DNA of 36,231 bases from a virus (Duplodnaviria > Caudoviricetes). The notes beneath the pieces were generated by a model. It was not told where the DNA came from. It did not search any database and worked only from the letters and a program-made list of their open reading frames with translations. Each line of letters begins with the position of its first letter. Position 1 is the stretch's first letter. Made by a program: the position numbers and the translations under genes. This document shows, in pieces, positions 1 through 7,026 of this stretch. The stretch spans positions 1 to 36,231 of the IMG/VR virus record IMGVR_UViG_3300036798_000115; one strand, written 5' to 3'.

Positions 1-28
1 CCACTGCAACTGCAACTAAGGAGTAACA

Positions 29-79
29 ATGACAACTGCAATCACCTACACCACTGACTATGATCATGACCTGTACTAA
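29..79 (+). CDS. 16-aa micro-ORF MTTAITYTTDYDHDLY
   Basis: ATG at 29 follows AAGGAG (18-23) with the same leader as the neighbouring genes; TAA at 77-79. Below the ORF-track cutoff. Confidence 0.5.
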   Translation: MTTAITYTTDYDHDLY

Positions 80-104
80 CACTCACAACTCACAAGGAGA
101 CACA

Positions 105-380
105 ATGTCCTACTACCTGAACAACCCTGAACTGACACCTGGTGACCGTGGCACACCACACCAGTACCGCACTGAGGATGGTGTCACCGTATGTGAAGGT
201 GACCTGGTGTATGACTACTACAGCATGGAGCCTATCATCATCGGTGAGTCATGTGGCGATGGATGGTTCACCACACTGTGCACCGATGGCTCACGTAACA
301 GGTCACGTGCTGGCATGTTGAACGGTGCACGTATCTGCACTATCGGTTACGCCAAGCGGCGTGGCTTTAGTGGGGTGTGA
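105..380 (+). CDS. hypothetical early protein (91 aa)
   Basis: Track ORF 60..380, restarted at ATG 105, which follows CACAAGGAGACACA. Confidence 0.8.
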   Translation: MSYYLNNPELTPGDRGTPHQYRTEDGVTVCEGDLVYDYYSMEPIIIGESCGDGWFTTLCTDGSRNRSRAGMLNGARICTIGYAKRRGFSGV

Positions 381-381
381 C

Positions 382-621
382 ATGGAGCTACCTAACTACA
401 AGCCAACTGACCCTAACGTGCAGCGCACTGAAGTAAGAGTGTCGGATGACAAGTACCTTGTCACAATAGTTCGGCAGAAGGATCATGAACAGGAGATTGA
501 TGTAACTCTCTATCACAGTGATCTTGAGTTGCTGGCATTCGTCACCATCAGTGACGATGGTACCGTGGACGTAGTTGTAGACAAGAAACTGAATGACTCA
601 CTAAAGGCTAAGGATAACTGA
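382..621 (+). CDS. hypothetical early protein (79 aa)
   Basis: ATG 382 lies 1 nt after the previous stop, in frame with track ORF 325..621. Confidence 0.75.
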   Translation: MELPNYKPTDPNVQRTEVRVSDDKYLVTIVRQKDHEQEIDVTLYHSDLELLAFVTISDDGTVDVVVDKKLNDSLKAKDN

Positions 622-788
622 TGGAACACTCACTGTATGACATTGTGATCCGTGATGAGGATGACAAGATCACTGATGCACACAACAACATGACTCGCAC
701 TGAAGCTGTCGAACTGATGCGCTCACTGTTTCGTGGTATGGACTACGATGAAGTGACAGTGCAAGTCAACAAGAAGATCAAGCCATGA
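621..788 (+). CDS. hypothetical early protein (55 aa, MEHSLYDIVIRDED...KKIKP)
   Basis: Translated by hand. TGATG overlap with the upstream gene and ATGA overlap with the downstream gene; AAGGA upstream. Not in the ORF track. Confidence 0.75.
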   Translation: MEHSLYDIVIRDEDDKITDAHNNMTRTEAVELMRSLFRGMDYDEVTVQVNKKIKP

Positions 789-994
789 AGTACAATGACA
801 CTGCCACAGATGTTCTGACCGAACGTCCCACATGTGACATATGCAGGTCACGGCCTGCCGCGATTGATGGTGCCACCAAGATGGGACCATGGGCATACAT
901 GTGTGTGCCATGTTTTGAAGTCCACGGTATCGGTCTAGGTCTTGGCCGTGGACAACGCTTACTGATTGACTCACCTACAACTCACAAGGAGTAA
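785..994 (+). CDS. small Cys-rich (CxxC...CxxC) putative Zn-binding protein
   Basis: CDIC and CVPC motifs; coupled to the upstream ORF. Confidence 0.75.
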   Translation: MKYNDTATDVLTERPTCDICRSRPAAIDGATKMGPWAYMCVPCFEVHGIGLGLGRGQRLLIDSPTTHKE

Positions 995-996
995 CT

Positions 997-1359
997 ATGA
1001 CCCCACTGTCTCACATGGAACACACCTACTACATCATTGAGTCACCCACACTCGGTACGCTGCGTGACATTGAGTACGATGGCTACACCACCAAGCCGAC
1101 TGCACGTTACTCGGTCAATGGTTCACGCACTGACCCTGAGTACGCAATCCTGTTCCACACTCTGAAGCAGGCAACCGATGTGTTGACCAAGCTACGTGAG
1201 CACAAGGCACGTGGCTACAAGACACTGAAGGTCACCCGCACCAGTGACTTCAGGTCGCTGTGTGAAGAGTGTCAGGGATGGATTGACTACAGCTATGGCA
1301 ATCCCAAAGGTCACGATGAACAGACGTGCAGTGTATGGCGCAAGTGGCTTGCACGCTGA
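997..1359 (+). CDS. hypothetical early protein (120 aa) with C-terminal CxxC...H...C motif
   Basis: Strong RBS CACAAGGAGTAACT before the ATG. Confidence 0.8.
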   Translation: MTPLSHMEHTYYIIESPTLGTLRDIEYDGYTTKPTARYSVNGSRTDPEYAILFHTLKQATDVLTKLREHKARGYKTLKVTRTSDFRSLCEECQGWIDYSYGNPKGHDEQTCSVWRKWLAR

Positions 1360-1428
1360 GCGAAATGTCACCCTGTTGTCAGGGTGGCATATGTACGAGT
1401 GGCGACCGTGCACTGATGAGCATAGCCA
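1355..1428 (+). ncRNA. type II hammerhead ribozyme
   Basis: C-GAAA at 1361-1365; stem III 1365-1375/1380-1390; cleavage triplet AUA 1389-1391; stem I 1392-1397/1407-1412; CUGAUGA 1413-1419; open stem II 1420-1426/1355-1361 with G10.1-C11.1; possible pseudoknot UGGC 1400-1403/GCCA 1425-1428. Confidence 0.88.
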
Positions 1429-1456
1429 ATACACACTCACACTCTAAGGAGAGTAC

Positions 1457-1990
1457 ATGTCAACTCTTGTTGATATCCGTAGTTCCATTGCAGCACAAAT
1501 CACTGCACTCACCGATCAGCTTGTGCCACTGCAAGCCGCACTGGATGCACTCGGTGACAACGGTACTGTGGTGGATGCAATCGTGGTGACCGATCAGGAG
1601 ACACCTGATATGGAGTACAACCGTGCAGTAGTGCACGCTGAGCGTATGGCGTTCGCTGAGGCAAAGAAGGAACACCCCACTGCCACACGTAAGCGTGACA
1701 GGTTGTATGACCTGCTGCGTACCAAGTACATCAGTGAGATTGCCAGTGCAGAAATCGACAAGGCGATTGAGCCTACTGTCGTGGCACTGCCGAATCGTAG
1801 GCATGTGGTGAAACCCACCAAGCGCACTGGACAGCGACGGGCGGCAGCAGCTAGGGCACGTGGTGACCGTGCACGTGAAATCCTGACCCTGAGTGACATG
1901 GGACTCTCTGCACAAGAGATTGTGGAAGAGACTGGTGCACACCCGAACTATGTGTACAAGGTCATCAGGGATGATCGTAACAACAGCTAA
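1457..1990 (+). CDS. putative DNA-binding protein with C-terminal helix-turn-helix
   Basis: RAREILTLSDMGLSAQEIVEETGAHPNYVYKVI resembles an HTH; N-terminal coiled-coil-like segment; TAAGGAG RBS. Confidence 0.75.
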   Translation: MSTLVDIRSSIAAQITALTDQLVPLQAALDALGDNGTVVDAIVVTDQETPDMEYNRAVVHAERMAFAEAKKEHPTATRKRDRLYDLLRTKYISEIASAEIDKAIEPTVVALPNRRHVVKPTKRTGQRRAAAARARGDRAREILTLSDMGLSAQEIVEETGAHPNYVYKVIRDDRNNS

Positions 1991-1999
1991 GTAGTACAC

Positions 2000-2030
2000 G
2001 GTGGTCAGGGGTTCGATTCCCCTGGTCACC
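2000..2030 (+). ncRNA. tRNA-like minihelix (12-bp stem capped by a T-loop)
   Basis: GGTGGTCAGGGG-TTCGATT-CCCCTGGTCACC: 12 contiguous pairs (2 G-U) closing a canonical 7-nt T-loop; no D or anticodon arm. Confidence 0.6.
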
Positions 2031-2075
2031 TGTTTACCCTCACACTCACAACACACTACAAGGAGAGAAGTGCAG

Positions 2076-2276
2076 ATGGCATACCAGACAGAAGTAGTAG
2101 TCACGATCAAGCTGTCACCAATCAAGTATCGTTTCATTCGCCGCGAGCTTGAGTACCTGCGTGACTCACTGGCACGTGAGTACACCACCAACGTTCAGCA
2201 TTGGGAGTCGAACCCTGACCGTGTTGCATTCAAACAACGTGTCGATAACCTCACTGAGATACTGAAGGAAATCTAA
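2076..2276 (+). CDS. hypothetical early protein (66 aa)
   Basis: AAGGAG at 2060-2065; start at ATG 2076 (or GTG 2070) rather than the track start at 2001. Confidence 0.75.
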   Translation: MAYQTEVVVTIKLSPIKYRFIRRELEYLRDSLAREYTTNVQHWESNPDRVAFKQRVDNLTEILKEI

Positions 2277-2308
2277 CTACACACTCACTGCTATCCACAA
2301 GGAGTACC

Positions 2309-2587
2309 ATGGCAATCAGTAAGGATGAACAGTACAGTACCTACAACCTAGGTATCGAAGATGGCAAGGCACTGATCGCTGAATCTGAGTATGCCAATGA
2401 AGACATACTGGAACTTGCCACACGCAAGCTCACGAAAGCCACAGCCAAGCGTGTCACCAACTCAGGTAATGATGAACTGATGCTACTGGTGAGGAACTAC
2501 ATGGATGGATTGGAGGATGGCGTCAAGGCACAAGTGCAGCGTGAGTCATCCAAGTACAGGAATTGGATGACTGACAACCTGTCATGA
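2309..2587 (+). CDS. hypothetical early protein (92 aa)
   Basis: CACAAGGAGTACC before the ATG. Confidence 0.8.
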   Translation: MAISKDEQYSTYNLGIEDGKALIAESEYANEDILELATRKLTKATAKRVTNSGNDELMLLVRNYMDGLEDGVKAQVQRESSKYRNWMTDNLS

Positions 2588-2868
2588 GCCACTATGAGCT
2601 TTACGTCACTGATGAACGTGGCAACTCAAGCTCATGGTCACACACAGACAACCACCGTGGCAAACCATGCATGGTGTTTGCTGATGATGTGAACCAGACC
2701 ATTGTGTTACACCATCCATCCATGACCACGTACATTTACATATCAGCTAACGGTGTGTTGGACATACACGTCGAAGAGACACCAGCAGCAGTAGAGACAC
2801 AAGTAGCAATTGATACAAGCAGGCAGGCAAGGCGACGAAAACGCCTTAGACGCAGGCGATCTAGCTGA
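2584..2868 (+). CDS. hypothetical protein (94 aa); Arg-rich tail overlaps the structured element
   Basis: ATGA overlap with the upstream gene. Confidence 0.65.
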   Translation: MSHYELYVTDERGNSSSWSHTDNHRGKPCMVFADDVNQTIVLHHPSMTTYIYISANGVLDIHVEETPAAVETQVAIDTSRQARRRKRLRRRRSS

Positions 2869-3079
2869 TATCGCTTCTGAGGCACCTGTAAGGCGTTCTC
2901 AGACCAATTCATAACTCACGGGTAGGGCAACCCTAGGTAGCTCCCCAATTGGTCTGAGGATGGCTTACAGGTGCCTTAGCGGGCATCTGTATCTGGTGGT
3001 CTGACCCCTACTTGCGAACCTTGACAGACCGACTAGCCTTGTGCGGAATGTCGCAAGCTACGCACTAGGGGGTTACCAG
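2811..3079 (+). repeat. structured element copy 1 (33-bp imperfect hairpin plus flanking stems)
   Basis: 2877-2909 pairs with 2947-2979 (1 mismatch, 3 G-T); sequence blocks are shared with 12813-12950. Confidence 0.8.
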
Positions 3080-3150
3080 CTAGAACCAGCTACACTCATC
3101 AACGCAGTACATACAACCAACACAACACACTCACCTCAAGGAGAGTAACT

Positions 3151-3384
3151 ATGCCAGCAGCACGCAGGACACCAGCAGCGAAGAAGACCAACGGTAACGG
3201 TAAGCAGGAAGTTGTGTTTGACTTTGAGACACTGACCAAGAATGGCACTTGGCGTTTCAAGGAAGTAACCGAGAACAATGAGCGTGGCATGATGGGTACT
3301 GTGTATGTCAGTGCCAAGCTCGCTGAGAAGTTGAATCTGGATGAAGACAAGGGACTGCTTGTCACACTTCAGATTGACGAGTAG
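3151..3384 (+). CDS. small hypothetical protein (77 aa)
   Basis: CAAGGAGAGTAACT RBS; followed by a terminator. Confidence 0.8.
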   Translation: MPAARRTPAAKKTNGNGKQEVVFDFETLTKNGTWRFKEVTENNERGMMGTVYVSAKLAEKLNLDEDKGLLVTLQIDE

Positions 3385-3402
3385 CAGTCGCGCGTAGGTA
3401 AC

Positions 3403-3447
3403 TAACCCCCATTTCAAGTTCACGCTTGGAGTGGGGGTTATTTTTTT
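3403..3447 (+). terminator. intrinsic terminator
   Basis: 16-bp stem TAACCCCCATTTCAAG/CTTGGAGTGGGGGTTA followed by T7. Confidence 0.85.
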
Positions 3448-3482
3448 GCCCTTTTCCAGACACTACAACTGAGGAGTAACTG

Positions 3483-4136
3483 ATGGACAAGTTACTGTTC
3501 CCTGAGAAGTTGATTGCCGATGAGTCAACCCGTGCCGGTAGGACACTGGCAGCAGGTGACATACGTGTCACGGTCATTGGTTACACAGACGATGTGACCA
3601 TTCGATTCAAGGCACTGTTAGACAACCGTTTCAACAGCACCAACAGTACACGACCCCGACCCGATCAAAAGCGTAACTGGTTACGGGTGCCACTGGACGA
3701 AGCGACACATGTGTTTGTTGAAGTGCCAAACCCTAGCGGCAACTACCCTGACAAGGTGGGCACCTTCTACACCAGGACAGGTAAGTGGTTTGCCGACAAG
3801 AACATTGCACCTGACTTATCTGATACAGCAATCATCGCAGCCAACTGGCTGAACGGTAATGTTACTGATGAGTTGACTGATGACCTAGACTTCAGGGTCG
3901 AACAAAACTGTGGAGTGTGTGGTCACGTACTCCATGACAGTGAAGAGATTGAACGGGGCATAGACTCTGATTGTTACCAGCAGTTGCAGTCGCGGCACAA
4001 GCACAAGCAGTTACGCTTTCCCGCCAAGCGTGAGTCATCACCATTCATGGTGAACAAGATACTGATTGAGATTGACACACTATCGACAGATGATCAGAAG
4101 GGCATACTGAATGAACTACAACTCAAACTCAACTGA
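3483..4136 (+). CDS. DUF6011-like Zn-ribbon protein
   Basis: CGVCGHVLHDSEEIERGIDSDC matches the CxxCGxxLxDxxSxxxGIGxxC-type motif commonly found next to phage SNF2 helicases. Confidence 0.7.
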   Translation: MDKLLFPEKLIADESTRAGRTLAAGDIRVTVIGYTDDVTIRFKALLDNRFNSTNSTRPRPDQKRNWLRVPLDEATHVFVEVPNPSGNYPDKVGTFYTRTGKWFADKNIAPDLSDTAIIAANWLNGNVTDELTDDLDFRVEQNCGVCGHVLHDSEEIERGIDSDCYQQLQSRHKHKQLRFPAKRESSPFMVNKILIEIDTLSTDDQKGILNELQLKLN

Positions 4137-5949
4137 CAAACCAGCCATCACCATTCACGGTAAGGAACTGGTAGTACGTGCACCTAAGCACCCTGCAACT
4201 GAAATCAAGTCTGTATTAGGTGGCAGGTTCAGTAAGGCAAGTGGCACATGGAGAGTAAAGCCAACCAGTATGAACATACTGAAGCTGGTTGACTGGTACG
4301 GTCCTGACATACTGAAAGGTGCACCACAAGTAGTAAGGAACCTCGCACAGTCAGAGTGGGGGTTCACTGGTTGGAACGGTACAACAGATGGTGACAAGTT
4401 CATGCTGCATGAGCGTGCACTGAATCATCCATGGTGGGATGGCCTGTATGAGTTTCAACAGGAAGCTGTGGAGTACATGGTGTGTAACCCTCACCGTGGC
4501 ACACTGCTTGGATTGGAACCAGGTCTAGGTAAAGCTCCTACTGCCATTGTTGCAATGGACATACTGGAACTGACCAAGGTGTTGATCGTTGCGCCACTGA
4601 CACTTGCACGTAACTGGCAACGTGAGCTTGACAAGTGGTCACAGCTATACAGGTCATGGTCACGTGCGACACGTTCGGAGAAGGACCCTAAGACTGAATG
4701 TGTCATCACCAACCATGAGGTACTGTTTGATCCACACTTCATAGATGAGAATGGCCGCGACGTGATAGTGCACGGTGGACCTGTCAAACAGAAGGAGTGG
4801 ATAGAGTCAGGACCAAAGGAGATTGACAAGCGCACTGGTAAGGAGGTACCTAAGCGCAAGCGCATAGTGAAGGTGCGTGAGTCATATGACATTGATTGGG
4901 ACTTGATCATTGTCGATGAGTCAATCCTGTTGAAGAACAGGCGTGCAGTGAAGATTGATGTACTCATGTCACTGGTGAAGTACGCCGGTCAGGTGTGGTT
5001 ACTGTCAGGGTCACCTACTTCCAAGTTCAGGAATGACCTGTACCCACAAGTGAAGATGATAATGCCGCGTGGCTTTAGGTCATACTGGCGGTTCACCGAA
5101 TTCTTCTGCACTGTGGATCGTGGTCAGTGGGGATGGAAGGTGACAGGTGACAATCCTGACCATGACCCTCAGTCATACCTGCGTGACTTTCTATTTCTGA
5201 AGTCACAGAAAGATGTACTGCCAGAGTTACCTGACTACATTTATGACCCTATCGAGATTGACCTGAACGCTGACCAAGCCAAGGCGTTTCGTACCATGTT
5301 GGATTTGTGGTACGCAGAGCTAGAGAATGGCAAGCGGGTGGATGCCACGATCATCCTCGCACAGATGACACGTATGGCACAGATAACCAGTAACCTGGTA
5401 AACCTGGATCGTTACATTCAAAGTTCATCGGCCAAAGAAGACCTACTCATGTCACTCACTGAAGAAGAGGAAATCAAGTACCCAATGATCGTGTGGTGCT
5501 GGTGGGTGCCAACTGCATGGTCAGTGTATCTACGGTTAGTTGACCAGACAGTTTTGAAGACTGACATTGTGGTTGGTGACATGAAAGGTGAGGATAAGGA
5601 TAAGGTACTGGATTCTTACAAGTCAGGGAAACTTGATGTGCTGGTGTTACAAATGGGAGTCGGTAAGTTTGGACATACTCTCACTGACACTAGAACAGTC
5701 TTTTACCATGACAGGTTTTTTGATAGTGACGCCTACTTCCAATCTCTGCGCCGTGTTCGGAGAATTGGCTTGGAACACAGACCTAGGCTCATTGTGCCCC
5801 GTGCACCGTTCAGCGCTGATCCTATGATTGAACTGAACCTGTCAGGTAAGTTGCAGTCAATCGCCAAGCTCGGTAACAAGGACTTGCGTGAACTACTCAT
5901 GTCACTCGGTAGTAACATGATTCCGTGGACAATGGAGCATGAACAGTAA
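4111..5949 (+). CDS. SNF2-family helicase-like protein
   Basis: LYEFQ Q-motif, GLGK, IIVDES, LLSGSP, GHTLT and QSLRRVRRIG motifs. Confidence 0.9.
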   Translation: MNYNSNSTDKPAITIHGKELVVRAPKHPATEIKSVLGGRFSKASGTWRVKPTSMNILKLVDWYGPDILKGAPQVVRNLAQSEWGFTGWNGTTDGDKFMLHERALNHPWWDGLYEFQQEAVEYMVCNPHRGTLLGLEPGLGKAPTAIVAMDILELTKVLIVAPLTLARNWQRELDKWSQLYRSWSRATRSEKDPKTECVITNHEVLFDPHFIDENGRDVIVHGGPVKQKEWIESGPKEIDKRTGKEVPKRKRIVKVRESYDIDWDLIIVDESILLKNRRAVKIDVLMSLVKYAGQVWLLSGSPTSKFRNDLYPQVKMIMPRGFRSYWRFTEFFCTVDRGQWGWKVTGDNPDHDPQSYLRDFLFLKSQKDVLPELPDYIYDPIEIDLNADQAKAFRTMLDLWYAELENGKRVDATIILAQMTRMAQITSNLVNLDRYIQSSSAKEDLLMSLTEEEEIKYPMIVWCWWVPTAWSVYLRLVDQTVLKTDIVVGDMKGEDKDKVLDSYKSGKLDVLVLQMGVGKFGHTLTDTRTVFYHDRFFDSDAYFQSLRRVRRIGLEHRPRLIVPRAPFSADPMIELNLSGKLQSIAKLGNKDLRELLMSLGSNMIPWTMEHEQ

Positions 5950-6047
5950 GGAGGTTGCACACACGACCAACTGACCACGTACCCGAATCAACAGGTAGGG
6001 ATACATACGTGGACGCTGGACAGTGAACCCAATCGAAAGGTAGTCAA

Positions 6048-6590
6048 GTGAAAGTCATTCTGATAGCAGTGGCATCAGTGTTCCCTGTCACTGACACTCT
6101 ACACACTCACCACCATCGACCAGGTTGCGGAAAGTTATACTCAGTTGCCATGGGTGAACGTGCCGCCAATGTCATATACGCTGGCACTCGCCATGTCACT
6201 ATGAAGAACTATCGTGCACTTGGACGCTACGAAATGTGTCAGCGTAACAAGCAGCGTAACCAAGCGGTTGTACGTACATATGACAGACGCCAATGGCGAC
6301 TGCACAGAGAACGTGTCATTGAAGCGAACAGACAATGGAGTGGTGCCATTGCCAGTTGGTACGATGACTCAGGCACAACAGGTTGTGGCTTTCACACCAC
6401 ATACGGTATCGCCACGTTCACAGTTGGTTGTGGTGGTCATGTCATACTGCGTGGTCCAGGTGGTGAAGTCACTGCTACACGTGATGACTCGGGACCGTAT
6501 GTGTCAGGCAGAGCGTTTGACTTGAACCCCACTACTAAAGCCGCACTCGGTTGTAGTGACTTGTGCAATGTGGAGTATGCGATTCCCTGA
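6048..6590 (+). CDS. RlpA-like (DPBB) lytic transglycosylase-family protein
   Basis: C-terminal IASWY...RDDSGPYVSGRAFDLNP; short hydrophobic N-terminus; GAAAGG RBS before a GTG. Confidence 0.8.
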   Translation: MKVILIAVASVFPVTDTLHTHHHRPGCGKLYSVAMGERAANVIYAGTRHVTMKNYRALGRYEMCQRNKQRNQAVVRTYDRRQWRLHRERVIEANRQWSGAIASWYDDSGTTGCGFHTTYGIATFTVGCGGHVILRGPGGEVTATRDDSGPYVSGRAFDLNPTTKAALGCSDLCNVEYAIP

Positions 6591-6636
6591 CTCCTGCATC
6601 TGACAGTTATTTGACAGTGGTTGTAACCTTCCACCC

Positions 6637-7026
6637 GTGTCCCACGGTAAGTCACAAAAGGAAGTCATACTGTTAGTATTCGATCCGGGTGCATCGACAG
6701 GTTTCGCTGCATTCACTGCTGGCGGAAGGGTACTAGCCACTGCCACTTTGTCACTAGATGAGTTAGGTGACATTGTTCACCTGTATCAGTATATGAATCC
6801 AGCGGAGGTAGTTATTGAATCAAGTCCAAAATGGAGTCACAACAGTCCGGTCACTAGGCTTGCGGAAAACTTCCTTGTGAGTGCATTTCCTTCCGCAAGC
6901 CTAATACCGCCAAGCCGCTGGAAGAGTCACCCTGCATCACATGTCAAGTTGGACAGGAACATGTCAATACATGAACGTGACGCAGTAAGACTTGGAAGAT
7001 GGTTTCTGGCTAAGGAGAGAAAGTGA
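6637..7026 (+). CDS. RuvC-like Holliday junction resolvase
   Basis: VFDPGASTG, VVIES and HERDA acidic motifs; start codon uncertain. Confidence 0.75.
   Translation: MSHGKSQKEVILLVFDPGASTGFAAFTAGGRVLATATLSLDELGDIVHLYQYMNPAEVVIESSPKWSHNSPVTRLAENFLVSAFPSASLIPPSRWKSHPASHVKLDRNMSIHERDAVRLGRWFLAKERK

Noticed and set aside
1960-2040. Full tRNA gene or attP around GGTTCGATTCC
   Set aside because: No D or anticodon arm can be folded upstream, the complementary strand is directly adjacent, and no integrase is present in the window. Kept only as a minihelix.
3021-3050. TTGACA as a sigma70 -35 box (also at 6611)
   Set aside because: No TANNNT-like -10 box at 16-18 nt spacing.
4525-4560. Intein at the helicase Walker A (GK|A)
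   Set aside because: The downstream sequence continues collinearly as helicase, with no splicing motifs or extra length.
5950-6047. Canonical c-di-AMP riboswitch, or a second hammerhead
   Set aside because: It lacks the GGGGGAACC and GUCAGCUAACC blocks, and CTGACCA does not fit CUGANGA.
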